Assembly (NCBI GenBank): GCA_964388035.1
Contig: CAYLZE010000005.1
Span: forward strand, 50,087-114,086
Length of the DNA stretch: 64,000 nucleotides
Origin: an uncultured archaeon
GTDB lineage: Archaea > Asgardarchaeota > Lokiarchaeia > Sigyniarchaeales > SOKP01
Direction of reading: 5' to 3'
The stretch's first letter is position 1. Each line of letters starts with the position of its first letter. The translations under genes were made by a program, and so were the position numbers. The notes under the pieces are model-generated. The model was not told the DNA's origin. It did no database searches and saw nothing but the letters and a program-made list of their open reading frames with translations. Of the stretch, positions 18,432 to 29,476 are shown one piece after another.

Positions 18432-21353
18432 TCATAAGTCTTTTTCTTGAATTTTTTCTTTAATTTCAATCAATTTTTTCATTGCATCAACGGGTGTTAG
18501 ATTATTGATTTCTACCTCTTTAATGAGTTGAATGATTGTTTTTACCTCGTCATCCAATATTTTTTCGGTTTTAACAACAGGTTTAAAAAAGGAAGTTTGC
18601 ACCATTTTTTTCTGTTTAGATTCTATTTTTTTAGCGTTAGTTTCTGGTTGGGGTTGAAGTTTTGAGGTTAAATCCTTGAGTTTTTCTTCCTTTTCTTCTA
18701 TTTCATACTCTTTAGAATGAAGATCCTGCTCACAGCCTGTCAATTTAGCCTTCAAGTCATTCATTTGTTTATTTAACGCTTCTAGAGCTTTTTTCTTGCT
18801 TTGTATCATGGTTTCATAGGCATGCTCCTGAAATTTCCCATTACCATTACTTCGCACGGTTTCCGTGAAGGGATCGTATTGTTCAATTTGCTCCAATAGG
18901 GAAAAAGCACGAATGATCACGTCATCGGGAATTCCTGCCAATTTTGCAACGTGAATTCCATAGGACTTGTCGGTACTGCCCGATTTTAACTTCCGCACGA
19001 AGTTTATGCTTCCATCATCATTTTCAATAATATCCAGATGATAATTATTTATTCTCGGAAGGTTGATTTCCGTGAGCTGGTGATAATGGGTGCTGAAAAG
19101 AGTTTTTACCTTCATTTCATGCAGTTTTTCAAGAGTTGCCATGGCAATGCTCTGTCCATCACTGGTGCTGGTTCCTCTGCCTAACTCATCAATGATTACC
19201 AAGCTTTGGGGGGTGGCATAATTCAGGATCTTTGCAGTTTCCGTCATTTCTATCATGAACGTGCTTAATTTCCTTGCCAGATCATCCGAAGCTCCAATTC
19301 GGGTAAAAATTTGGTCGAGCATTCCAATCGATGCTTTCGTTGCGGGCACGTAACTCCCCATCTGAGCAATCAAGCAAATTAAAGCCACTTGCCGCAAGTA
19401 GGTCGATTTTCCCGCCATGTTCGGGCCTGTTATGATGAGAATTTGTTCGCTTTCCGTGTCCAAATAACAATTATTCGGAATGAAAGCGTCCATGTAATTT
19501 ATTTGCTCGATAACGGGATGCCTTCCTTCTTCAATCAGGATTTTATCATCTGCCGTGATTGTGGGGCGGCAATAATTATACTTTTCTGCAATTTCTGCGA
19601 AAGAGGATAAAATGTCGATCATCGCTATGTTTTTAGCTGTTTCTAAAACATCGTGAGTTTTTTCAATGGTTTTTTCTCGAATGGTGGTGAAAATTTCATA
19701 TTCCAAATCATAAATTTTCTCTTCCGCCTCGATGATCTTTTCTTCGAGCTTTTTTAATTCGATGGTGGTATACCGCTTTGCATTTTTTAATGTTTGGCGT
19801 TCCACGTATTCATCTTCGGGAATTTTGGAAATGTCTCGCAAGGTTTTTTTAGTAATTTGGATATAATATCCCAGGATATTATTATGCCCCACTTTCAATC
19901 CCGAGACCACGTTCCACCTTTTTTTTTGTTCATTTTCGTAATCCAAGAGGTACTTCTTTCCATTTTGTAAGATATCACGCAATTCATCTACTTCATCATT
20001 GAACCTTGTTTTTATGATCCCACCTTCCTTGATAGTGGTCGGAGGATTTTCAGCTATGGACGCCCCTATCAAAGCGCGTACCTCTCCAAAATCTGAAATA
20101 TTATCTAAAAATGTTGCAATCTCCGGTATCGAAGCATTTTTTAAACAATTTTTTATTTCTGGGATTTTTTCCAGGGAATTTTTCAAGTTTAGCAAATCTC
20201 GTGCATTACAAGTGCCAGAATAGTTTATACGATTTACAAATCTTTCCAAATCACCCAATTCTTTCAATCTTTCCCTCAAATCCGAGCGCAAGAAAATGTC
20301 TTGTTTAAACTTTTCCACGATGTTGAGGCGATTATTAATCTCCTCGATGCTTGTCAATGGCTTTAATATGATTTTTTTCAACAATCGGGCTCCCATGGGC
20401 GTGTGAGTGTAATTGAAAATGGAATATAAAGTGGTATCCTTACCTCTCTCCCATAAGGATTTGGTTAATTCCAAATTTCTCTGCGTGACGTAATCTAAAT
20501 GGAGGGTTCCTTCTTCCTGAATTAAATTAATTTTGAAAATATTAGGGAGAATGTCTCTTTGCGTTTCCTTTAAAAAAGCTAATAGGCCTCCCGCTGCTTG
20601 AACAGCAAGATCATGAGATTCCAATCCAAACGGTTCCAAGTTAGTAAGATTAAAGTGCCGCGTGATTAAAGCATGCGCATCATCGAGCGTGAAACAATGA
20701 TCATGGTGGGGTTTTATTAGCGCATCTGTTAAATCAGTCAAGAATATGAGAAGATGTTCATCCTTATTTAATTCTGACGGAATGATCACTTCCACGGGAT
20801 CGTATTGAGAAAAGATGCTGAGCAATTTTTCCATGGGATCTTTTATTTTCATGGAAAACTCTGTGGTAACAAATTCGCCCGTGGTTAGATCGGCAAAAGC
20901 TATCCCATACCCTTTCTTTTCTTTAATGATAGATGCAATATAATTGTTTTCGTTGGACTTTACTAATTCTGAATCCACGATCGTACCAGGCGAGAGAATT
21001 TTTACCACGCCCCTCTTGACAATTCTCCCTTTCACCGTGGCAGGATCTTCCAATTGATCCACGACCACGACGGTTTGCCCTAAATTAATGAGATTGTTCA
21101 GATAATTTCCGGCGTGATGGGGTATGCCTGCTAATGGATAAGAATCATTTCCGATTTTTCTTTTAGTCAAAGTTATTCCCAATAAACTAGACACCCTCGT
21201 GGCATCCTCATAAAAGAATTCGAAGAAATCTCCCATTCGATACGCGATGATGTACTCTTTGGGGTAATTTTTCCGAATAGATGCCCAATGCTGCATCATG
21301 GGAGTGAGCTTTCTAATATCTAGGTCCTTGGACAATTCATCATCGATAGACAT
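18432..21353 (-). CDS. mutS: DNA mismatch repair protein MutS (MutS1)
   Basis: TPMMQ, RMGDFFEFF (Phe-X-Glu), ITGPNMAGKSTYLRQ, DELGRGTS, SYGIHVAKLAG. Confidence 0.96.
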   Translation of the reverse strand: MSIDDELSKDLDIRKLTPMMQHWASIRKNYPKEYIIAYRMGDFFEFFYEDATRVSSLLGITLTKRKIGNDSYPLAGIPHHAGNYLNNLINLGQTVVVVDQLEDPATVKGRIVKRGVVKILSPGTIVDSELVKSNENNYIASIIKEKKGYGIAFADLTTGEFVTTEFSMKIKDPMEKLLSIFSQYDPVEVIIPSELNKDEHLLIFLTDLTDALIKPHHDHCFTLDDAHALITRHFNLTNLEPFGLESHDLAVQAAGGLLAFLKETQRDILPNIFKINLIQEEGTLHLDYVTQRNLELTKSLWERGKDTTLYSIFNYTHTPMGARLLKKIILKPLTSIEEINNRLNIVEKFKQDIFLRSDLRERLKELGDLERFVNRINYSGTCNARDLLNLKNSLEKIPEIKNCLKNASIPEIATFLDNISDFGEVRALIGASIAENPPTTIKEGGIIKTRFNDEVDELRDILQNGKKYLLDYENEQKKRWNVVSGLKVGHNNILGYYIQITKKTLRDISKIPEDEYVERQTLKNAKRYTTIELKKLEEKIIEAEEKIYDLEYEIFTTIREKTIEKTHDVLETAKNIAMIDILSSFAEIAEKYNYCRPTITADDKILIEEGRHPVIEQINYMDAFIPNNCYLDTESEQILIITGPNMAGKSTYLRQVALICLIAQMGSYVPATKASIGMLDQIFTRIGASDDLARKLSTFMIEMTETAKILNYATPQSLVIIDELGRGTSTSDGQSIAMATLEKLHEMKVKTLFSTHYHQLTEINLPRINNYHLDIIENDDGSINFVRKLKSGSTDKSYGIHVAKLAGIPDDVIIRAFSLLEQIEQYDPFTETVRSNGNGKFQEHAYETMIQSKKKALEALNKQMNDLKAKLTGCEQDLHSKEYEIEEKEEKLKDLTSKLQPQPETNAKKIESKQKKMVQTSFFKPVVKTEKILDDEVKTIIQLIKEVEINNLTPVDAMKKLIEIKEKIQEKDL

Positions 21354-21467
21354 CGTATGGAAAAAAAATCTCTTTTAGCTTAAATATCTAAAGAGACCGC
21401 TGTTTATTTAGTATAAACTCATGGTACTATTAAATTTCATTTATTAATAGCATAATCATGGATGATT

Positions 21468-22526
21468 TTATATCCAAGGAGTCTTATCCAAGGTCTCTTG
21501 CCAAGATTTTGAGGTTTCCACGAGATCGGGATAATATTTTTGGATCTCTGCAATTGCCTCCAAGCAACCCGTTAATTTATGAGCACTATCGTATCGATTA
21601 AATAGGAATTCTCGGTCATTTAAGGTGGGAAGGGTATAATTTAGATACTTGCTTAAAGCTTTTTGAATGTCGTCTTCCCGATAACCCCCTGTTTGCTTGC
21701 AACTTCTCGTGAGACAAAAGATAGCATCTAAATCAATACAGTAGGAAACATCTCCATCCCAAAGCCCAAAATCGTTTTGTAATTGAAGCGTTGCATCAAT
21801 AATTTTTTCAGGATAAGGAAGGGGGTGCTTCATGAATTCATATACCCAATAATAGTGTACTGCACCGCCTAATTCGTGTTTCGTTAGTCTATCTTTTTTT
21901 AATCGGTGAATCCAACCCAATCGCCAGAATCCTACTTCTGGATCTGCCATCTTATCCAACCATTCAAAATACCAATCGAAAAAATTTTCATGAGGATAAG
22001 AATCTAAGCCCAAAGTAGCAAAAGAAGCGGCAAGACCTCCTCCACGATGGGAACCAGGCCAATACAATAATCCCCATTCTGGCGTGGTCCTTAACCATTT
22101 TTCAACTTTTTTTTGGTTATTTAATTTTTTAGCAATTTTAAGGGGATATTTTGGAGCTCCTCCTAATAAATTCAATGCAGAAATTGAAAATGCCGTGCTA
22201 TGTTCCTTGAAATGGATTCCATAATTTATTAAACTTTTCTTGAACCAGCCTGTTTTTGGGTCTTGGAAGGATTGAATGTAAGAGAGCCAGCCTTCCTTAT
22301 TTTCGTTAGGATGGGAGGAGAAATAGGAATCCAAAAGGTTTGGAATGGTTAAATTAAATACCATGTCCGTGATGCCATACAAGGAGGGTTTTGTCTTTGA
22401 ACGAACTACAGAATAATTTCCCGTTTTTTCATCAATCTTGTAGGAGTCCACCCAATCGAATAAATAACTCTGAAATGAAGTGAGATCTTTAGGGTGGGAT
22501 ATTTTTAATAGTTCCATGTTACTCAT
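21468..22526 (-). CDS. Hypothetical protein, possible alpha/alpha-toroid (prenyltransferase/terpene-cyclase-like repeats)
   Basis: Repeated Q.P.TG.F / DPEVGFW / LQNDFGLW QW-like motifs. Confidence 0.55.
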   Translation of the reverse strand: MSNMELLKISHPKDLTSFQSYLFDWVDSYKIDEKTGNYSVVRSKTKPSLYGITDMVFNLTIPNLLDSYFSSHPNENKEGWLSYIQSFQDPKTGWFKKSLINYGIHFKEHSTAFSISALNLLGGAPKYPLKIAKKLNNQKKVEKWLRTTPEWGLLYWPGSHRGGGLAASFATLGLDSYPHENFFDWYFEWLDKMADPEVGFWRLGWIHRLKKDRLTKHELGGAVHYYWVYEFMKHPLPYPEKIIDATLQLQNDFGLWDGDVSYCIDLDAIFCLTRSCKQTGGYREDDIQKALSKYLNYTLPTLNDREFLFNRYDSAHKLTGCLEAIAEIQKYYPDLVETSKSWQETLDKTPWI

Positions 22527-22679
22527 TAAAAGGCTTAGGAAATAATATTTTTTTAGATTTCTTTCAATTCATGGTAAAAAATGTTCTAAAAGGATTTAAC
22601 TCAATTAATTTGAAAAGAGTTCCTTTCCCCAAGATTCCTATTTATAATTTAGATAACCAAAAAAATAAAAGAAATTTAT

Positions 22680-25430
22680 TTAAATTTTTAAAACTTTCTT
22701 CTCAAGGGTTAATTCGTAAGCTTCTTCCATGGCAGTTTTGTAGATATCCACTTTAAACTTATTATGTAAAGGACTTATTCTTGCTCCAGCGTGTGCTGCT
22801 TTATACACAGAATTTGATAAGAATCCTAATTTTCCTTTCACCATCTTGGCTGCTTTTTCCAGCTCCGTTAAGGTATTATCATCATATCCTCCAAAAAGCC
22901 CATCTAAGAAGGCATAGAAATAAAGAAATATGAATATTCCCGTTAAGAAAATAATGGCGGTATTGATGATTTTATCCCCCATTTCGATGACCCAAAGTGC
23001 TTCTCCCACGAAATATAAGACTGCAAAGTTGCAAATCGCGGCTAATATAGGAGCTATAAAGGTTTTATAGGGATACACCTTATAATCCGAGATTTTACGC
23101 TTTACGATAATCCAAGCAATGATATCCTTAGTAAATACCGCGGGAATATAAGCATAGAGAACGGCAATCATGTCTTTCAATGCCAATACCAAGACTAGCA
23201 TTAGGATCGCTCTGGTGCTTTGTTCAATTACCCATACCAAAGCAGCATAGCCCGTTCTCCCCGTACCTTGAAAAACTGCATCTACCAGCCAAGAATATAC
23301 TCCAAAGGAATGAAAGATCAATAAAGGAAACAGAAAACGTACAGCCGGGCCACCATAATCCTCTCCTGCTGCACCTACTATAAATTTAGGTCCTACCGCA
23401 AAAAGAACCGATACTATGAAGAAGGCAAAATAATTTCCCCATCTAAAAGCTTGATAAATATAAAGTTTGGTGAGAGTTTTCTTATTATGAGACTCAGATT
23501 CACTAAATGCTCCTAATAATGATGCTCCATAGAGTGTTACGAGTTGGACAATCATTCCAATGTTCCAAGTTAATTGAAAGTAGCCGAGTTCATTGGAATA
23601 ATTAGCAATGAAAGCGCTAGTGATGATAATTTGCAAGAAATACCCTATTTGAACGAAGGATTCTCCAAAGGCTAAACGAGAGCCATAGTGCATGGTTTGT
23701 TTGAATTCTTCTTTATCGAAATCAACGCGAAACACCGTTTTGGGAGAAAATCCCATTCTCTTAAAGATGGCAACGGATAATGCAAACGTGGCCCAGTAGT
23801 CAAAGTATCTCGCTATAGAATAACCAATACCTGCTCCTAGTGCTTCTCCAATGGCAGGATTAGCTGCCCCCCATAATCTTCCAATATAGCAAAATATTAC
23901 CTGTCCTATTATCAAAAATACGACTTCCCATGCGACATATAAAATTAAATGATAATCAGACCTTTGCATTCCCTGAAATGTGTACATGAAGACCAAGAAA
24001 AATCCCGGATATTGCACCAGTGAGAAAGTGATGAAGACCCAACTCATGTGAGCTAAATTCGTGTTTGGAAAAATTATAGAACCTAAGAATGCAAATATTG
24101 AGACTTGAACAACTCCCGTGAATAGTTGCCACCATACAAAAATTTGGATATAATGAATGGCTTTTTCGGGGTTCTTCACACGGTATTGGGAGAAATATTT
24201 AGCCAGTGCATAAGATGTGCCAAAATCAAAGAGTAGCCATGCGATTTGAAAGAGATTGTAGGTTAAATAATACCATCCTGCTGCTTGGGGATAGGGTTGA
24301 ATAATTTGGGGCATGACAAAATTGGAAACCAATAATTGAGGAATGACGACTAATAATCCGATAAAAAGCGTGAAAAAAAACCCTCCCAACTGGCGGTGTA
24401 TGCCTATAACTTCCCAATCATCCTTTAAATCTACTTTTTTTTCAAGTTTTTGCTCGAGGACCCTGGATTCTTCTATTTTTTTTTCTTCTTCTTCTCGTGC
24501 CATTCTTTCTAAGGCTTGAATGGTGGCTTGGTCCATTTCGGGCTGGGATCGTTTTCTTACGATCTGGAATAAGGAGAAAGCCATTACTGCAAGGCTGATT
24601 ACGATGATCAACAAGATGATTTGATCGAAGAAGTGCGGCACGGGTGAATATGGCCAAACAGGATAAGTATCAAAATTTTCATTCAATGTTTGAAACATCA
24701 TGCCATATAAGAGGTAATTAAAATAGGGCCATACCATAAAATCCTTGTTAAAACCCTCTTCTAACCACCCGTTAAATAATAGCACGTTTCCTTTTCCCTT
24801 GCTCGCTTCTACTAATATAGGTTGTCGATATTCATCGATGGCTAAATTTTCCGATGTTGGATAAGTATCTATTATAGGTTTTACTCCATCCGCATAACTC
24901 TGCAGGGGGATTTTCGTCATGCTATCTGCCTTCAAACTAGGAGCAGAATTCCAATCCAAGTTCTTGCCGAGAGGATTGGTATTATCTTTAACGATGAAGA
25001 CCTCTGCCTCATCATTCTCCTCAAAATTAGCAATGTCTAAAATACCCATATCAAATAAAAGTTCGGGATCTTGAAAAAGGGCATTTCCCATAAATATAGC
25101 TAAACCTCCCCCTTTTTCCACGAAATCTACGAGTCTTGCACGACCTGCTGATTTCAGGACAACATCAAAAACGATGACAATATCATAAGCACCTAATTCG
25201 GAGATATCTCCCACCGTCACATCGAAATTTTGTTCATCCACTCTCAAACTTTGAAGGAAAAGTTCATCATTACCATTAGTGATGACGAGAACCTTGTTCT
25301 GGTTTGAAGCTTGTCCCTTAGAAGGGGGTATCAATATAAAAAATCCCACGGTGCTGCTAATAAATAAGGCAATCACGCAGATAACTAATATGTTAGAATT
25401 TATTTTATTAGTTTTCATCTTTTTAAGCAA
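22680..25430 (-). CDS. Large membrane protein: extracellular GATase-like domain plus MOP/flippase-like multi-TM domain
   Basis: N-terminal TM; LGAYDIVIV...LVDFVEKGGGLAIFMG; then about 14 TM segments with LFDFGTSYALAKYFSQY. Confidence 0.6.
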   Translation of the reverse strand: MLKKMKTNKINSNILVICVIALFISSTVGFFILIPPSKGQASNQNKVLVITNGNDELFLQSLRVDEQNFDVTVGDISELGAYDIVIVFDVVLKSAGRARLVDFVEKGGGLAIFMGNALFQDPELLFDMGILDIANFEENDEAEVFIVKDNTNPLGKNLDWNSAPSLKADSMTKIPLQSYADGVKPIIDTYPTSENLAIDEYRQPILVEASKGKGNVLLFNGWLEEGFNKDFMVWPYFNYLLYGMMFQTLNENFDTYPVWPYSPVPHFFDQIILLIIVISLAVMAFSLFQIVRKRSQPEMDQATIQALERMAREEEEKKIEESRVLEQKLEKKVDLKDDWEVIGIHRQLGGFFFTLFIGLLVVIPQLLVSNFVMPQIIQPYPQAAGWYYLTYNLFQIAWLLFDFGTSYALAKYFSQYRVKNPEKAIHYIQIFVWWQLFTGVVQVSIFAFLGSIIFPNTNLAHMSWVFITFSLVQYPGFFLVFMYTFQGMQRSDYHLILYVAWEVVFLIIGQVIFCYIGRLWGAANPAIGEALGAGIGYSIARYFDYWATFALSVAIFKRMGFSPKTVFRVDFDKEEFKQTMHYGSRLAFGESFVQIGYFLQIIITSAFIANYSNELGYFQLTWNIGMIVQLVTLYGASLLGAFSESESHNKKTLTKLYIYQAFRWGNYFAFFIVSVLFAVGPKFIVGAAGEDYGGPAVRFLFPLLIFHSFGVYSWLVDAVFQGTGRTGYAALVWVIEQSTRAILMLVLVLALKDMIAVLYAYIPAVFTKDIIAWIIVKRKISDYKVYPYKTFIAPILAAICNFAVLYFVGEALWVIEMGDKIINTAIIFLTGIFIFLYFYAFLDGLFGGYDDNTLTELEKAAKMVKGKLGFLSNSVYKAAHAGARISPLHNKFKVDIYKTAMEEAYELTLEKKVLKI

Positions 25431-25559
25431 ATTTATTATTTTTTATAGTTGATATTAATGATATAATTCTATAAATAACCTTTTTAAATTTCATCCTCGG
25501 ACTATTTTTTTTAAACTTGATTTAATAACTTTTTTTGAGGAGTTATTTTTTTTTATCTC

Positions 25560-26354
25560 ATGAGTAATGAAGATTTAGATTTGGTATTATATGAAGCAAA
25601 AGGTGGCGTTGCTACCATTTCCCTAAATAGACCGCCCGTTCATGCGTTTAATTTAGAATTAATGAAGACACTCTATCAACGGTTAGAACAAGCTAATAAC
25701 GATGATAGTGTAAAATGCGTGTTACTTAAGAGTACCGGAACGCGCGTGTTCAGTGCGGGAATTGACATTAAATCGAAATCACTCGATGAGGATCCCGAAT
25801 ATTTTGAAGAAGTGAAGAAATACGGGAGATTAAACAATCAAATGATCGTGACCATGATGAAACCGGTTGTAGTTCAAGTACAAGGATCGGCGATTGGATA
25901 TGGAATGGAATTAGTTATGGCAGCGGATATGCGCATTTTTGCAGACCGACCCCAAGAAGAAATGTTCTTTAGAATGCCGGAAATAGCAATTGCCATATAT
26001 CCACAGACGGGGGCAACTATTCTGCCCTTATTAGCATTTGGATTCACCTACGCAAAAAATGTTTTATTTACTTCAGATGATTTTGGATTGGCAGAATTGA
26101 AGAATTTGAACATCCCAACGAGAATATTTCCTTTAGAACATCTTAATGTAGAAACACAAAAGTTCATGAGAACGTTTTCAAAAAGGATGAATTCTTTCAT
26201 GTATTTGATGAAATCTACGTTAAACATCATGAACAAAAAATTAATTGACCGATGTTTTGATTTGGAGGATGAATGTGGAAAAGAAGCGTATAAAAAGAAA
26301 ACACCAGGAGAGTGGAAAAGATTCATACAAGATCTATATAAACGCTATTTATGA
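25560..26354 (+). CDS. Enoyl-CoA hydratase/isomerase family protein
   Basis: ATISLNRP, FSAGIDI, KPVVVQVQGSAIGYGMELVMAADMR, MPEIAIAI. Confidence 0.88.
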   Translation: MSNEDLDLVLYEAKGGVATISLNRPPVHAFNLELMKTLYQRLEQANNDDSVKCVLLKSTGTRVFSAGIDIKSKSLDEDPEYFEEVKKYGRLNNQMIVTMMKPVVVQVQGSAIGYGMELVMAADMRIFADRPQEEMFFRMPEIAIAIYPQTGATILPLLAFGFTYAKNVLFTSDDFGLAELKNLNIPTRIFPLEHLNVETQKFMRTFSKRMNSFMYLMKSTLNIMNKKLIDRCFDLEDECGKEAYKKKTPGEWKRFIQDLYKRYL

Positions 26355-26743
26355 TGGATATTTTCTTTTTTGGACCAGAAATAAAAAAAATAACAGGGGT
26401 GTGCATGAATTTTATCGTTTAACCTGACATGGAGCAATCCCTCATAGAGTACATGCCTCTTATCCTACATTTTAAAAATATTATTAACTTTACCGTTTTT
26501 TTATTAATAGTTTTCATCCTTGGTTCTTAAATTTAAGTAGTATAAGCAAGTTAGGAGGTATTAGGATTAATAAATCACTTACCTTTTTCCCTTAAAAGAG
26601 ATCATGAAGAAGGTGGAGAAAACATTCATTAATCAACAAAGAAAAATCGAGCGGGTTTGAGGAAATCCTTAGCTAATGAATCTATTTTCAATTCCCTTAT
26701 ATTTTCTTGTATTAATGAAGACACAACGATTATTAAGGTTGCA

Positions 26744-27472
26744 TCACTCCTTTTTCCACATTCTATTAAATCTAGCTTCTTGAATTTCTTTTATGGGGAG
26801 AATGATATGGAAACTAGCAAACGGTTTTTTATTATTATTCGGTTTTCCTTGCATTTTTCTTTTCTCTCTAAAATCATCCATTTTTTCCATTAGTTCTTCA
26901 TAAAATTTAAAATATTCTTGATATTCTTCTTCATCCAACACTTCTACATAATAGTTTATATGTTTTCTCTTATAAAAAGTCTCAATTTCATCCGGAGTTA
27001 ACTTATGTGCTTCTTTTAAATATTTCTTTAAATCTTGATAATATGGGATACAATCATCGAGAATTTTTTTTATGAGTTGAATGGTCTTTTTATCGGAGTC
27101 CAAATCTTTTTCTAATATTCTTTTGACTTGAGCTGAAGGAAGTGATTTTAAATGTTCTAGATCAAGACGAGTCAATTCAAGCAAGTTAGGGATCACGGAG
27201 TACATTTTCATTTTTTTCTCCTTCCGTTGAACCTTAAGTAAGCCCGTCTTTTTCAATTCTTTAAGGTGCTTCAAGACTGTAGGGCGTGTTTTGCCTAATT
27301 TTTCACACAATTCATTAATACTTAATTCTCCAGAAGCCCATAGCAGAAGTAAGATTCTAATTTTAGTTAAATCGTTCAAAGTTTCCGCTACTTTAAGCTG
27401 GAATTCCATGTTATTTATATCTGCTCGTTCAGAAGAGGAGTTTGATAGTTCTTTATCTTTTTCTATAGTCAT
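26744..27472 (-). CDS. ArsR-family wHTH transcriptional regulator
   Basis: TRIL-type helix, ELSINELCEKLGKTRPTVLKHLKELKKTGLL. Confidence 0.8.
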   Translation of the reverse strand: MTIEKDKELSNSSSERADINNMEFQLKVAETLNDLTKIRILLLLWASGELSINELCEKLGKTRPTVLKHLKELKKTGLLKVQRKEKKMKMYSVIPNLLELTRLDLEHLKSLPSAQVKRILEKDLDSDKKTIQLIKKILDDCIPYYQDLKKYLKEAHKLTPDEIETFYKRKHINYYVEVLDEEEYQEYFKFYEELMEKMDDFREKRKMQGKPNNNKKPFASFHIILPIKEIQEARFNRMWKKE

Positions 27473-27605
27473 GGTTAATTTAATTGGAGTCCAAATTTGT
27501 AATAAACTTTATTAATGATAAGAGTTAAATTACTAAAATTAATTTAACGACACGAATGATCCAATAAATATATAATCTTCTTTCTTCTTCCAATACTTTT
27601 AGTCA

Positions 27606-28439
27606 TTATACGTGTTTTTCTAACCACACGTAAATATCTTGATACACTTGGGCCCTATTTTTTTCATTCAATAAATCGTGGAGGAATCCATCATAGATCT
27701 TAAATGTCTTATCTGCACTCTTTACATTTTTAAAGAACTTCTCCGCCTTTTTTTTATCGACAATTTTATCATTCCCTCCTTGCAAAATTATGACAGGGCA
27801 AGCGAGCTGGGAGGCATTAGATAGGATCCACTTTCTTAACTTTTCTCTCTCAGAAGCTGTATTTCCAGTTATAGCTTTTAATGTATTTTTATCCTTAATA
27901 AATAGTTTTAAAATTTTCAAATCACTCGTTAATTGATTTTGATCCATATTGATTTCAATAGATTGAGAAAGAGAGTTACTTAATTTTTTTAACATTTTCT
28001 TCCCAACCGTACTTTTTCCAAATAAGCCCAATTCTGGAGAAGTAATGATAACTCCTGGAAGATCGGGGTGCCTAATTGCATGCATCAAGCAAACTAAAGC
28101 TCCGAAACCTTGTCCCAATAAAAAAATCTTTTTTCCATTAGCTTTTTTCTCGATTAAATCTAAAAAGAGGACCAAATCTTTTTGTAAATGATCCATACTA
28201 TCAATTTCTCCAGCGATATCGCCCTTGCTTCTATTATGTCCTCTCAAATCATAAGCGTGCAAGGTATACCCTTTCTCATTCAAATATTTTGCAATTAAAT
28301 TGAATCTATCGGAATGAAATGCTAATTCATGAAGTGCAACGATATGGGCTTTGACCTCTCCTTCAGAATTCCAAGATTGATAAAAGAGCTCCCGTCTTTC
28401 GCGCCCTTCAAAAAATTTCTCAACATTATTATTCGACAT
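27606..28439 (-). CDS. Alpha/beta-hydrolase (lysophospholipase/PldB-like) lacking the catalytic serine
   Basis: YDLRGHNRS, FLLGQGFGAL (normally GHSMG), LQGGNDKIV, YDGFLHDLLNE. Confidence 0.8.
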   Translation of the reverse strand: MSNNNVEKFFEGRERRELFYQSWNSEGEVKAHIVALHELAFHSDRFNLIAKYLNEKGYTLHAYDLRGHNRSKGDIAGEIDSMDHLQKDLVLFLDLIEKKANGKKIFLLGQGFGALVCLMHAIRHPDLPGVIITSPELGLFGKSTVGKKMLKKLSNSLSQSIEINMDQNQLTSDLKILKLFIKDKNTLKAITGNTASEREKLRKWILSNASQLACPVIILQGGNDKIVDKKKAEKFFKNVKSADKTFKIYDGFLHDLLNEKNRAQVYQDIYVWLEKHV

Positions 28440-28645
28440 TGAACTTCAAGGTTTTTTTACTTAGAATATTATAAATAATTTACCTTTCATGATAATTAGT
28501 TTTTACGTTCTTTAAACAAATCTCGTAGTTCCATTATAAAACCATATGCATTTAACAAAAATAATAAAAAATTTTTAATTCTTAAATGAATTTCTAATAA
28601 AAACGGATTGTTTTATTACATGCTGAAAAATGTAAATTAGGTACA

Positions 28646-29239
28646 ATGTTCATGAACAACAATGATGTCATTAATATTGTAATTTTTGGAAGAGGAGGAC
28701 AAGGAGGAGTCACTGCTTCTCAAATTATTGCGGAAGCGGCTTTCAATAGCGGTAAATTCGTGGACGTGCATGCTTATCCCTCTTTTGGAGCAGAACGGAG
28801 GGGGGCACCCATTCAAGCGTATGCCAAGTTATCCAAGAAAGACAAGATTTGGGATAGATCCCAGATTGAATTTCCTGATATCGTGATTGTTTTAGATGAA
28901 AGCACGATTACTAATGATCTGGTCAAATCTATAAAGGAAAATGGATTTTTCATTATTAATACAGATAAAGACCCCGAATTTTTCCTGAAAAGATATGAGT
29001 TTAATGAAGGAGTTAAAATAATTGCTGCGGACATCAGTAAATTAGCAAGTGAAAATGAATTAATAGTCGAGGGTATCCCCGTTGTAAACGTGCCCATATT
29101 GGGATTGTTATCCAAAGCGGTTCCGGAAATAACTTTGACAGATTTGAAAAGTGTCATCCTAAAGCGGTTAGGAGAGAATTTGGGAAACAGGAATGTTTCA
29201 CTCATGGAGAAGGGATTTGAAATAATCAAGACGGTATGA
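28646..29239 (+). CDS. porC: 2-oxoacid:ferredoxin oxidoreductase gamma subunit
   Basis: GRGGQGGVTA, PSFGAERRGAP. Confidence 0.9.
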   Translation: MFMNNNDVINIVIFGRGGQGGVTASQIIAEAAFNSGKFVDVHAYPSFGAERRGAPIQAYAKLSKKDKIWDRSQIEFPDIVIVLDESTITNDLVKSIKENGFFIINTDKDPEFFLKRYEFNEGVKIIAADISKLASENELIVEGIPVVNVPILGLLSKAVPEITLTDLKSVILKRLGENLGNRNVSLMEKGFEIIKTV

Positions 29240-29476
29240 GAACTTAATTTTCTTAAGGTTTAAATTACAATACAAACCGGCTATTTTTCTACTTGAATCT
29301 GAAGAGATAATTCATTATCATTTATTTTAAGATAAAACTTCATATTCTTCGGATTATGCACCATATTATTTTCTGATATAATTGCCAAAACGCCCTCCTT
29401 CTTATAATAAATGATAATGAACTTTTTAAAGCTATTTGCTTTTGACTTTATAATAGAGTGATTTTTTTCGAGAATT

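Noticed and set aside
26401-26460. Imperfect hairpin (GCATG...CATGC) considered as a SECIS or ncRNA
   Set aside because: It lacks the tandem GA quartet geometry and no selenoprotein gene is adjacent.
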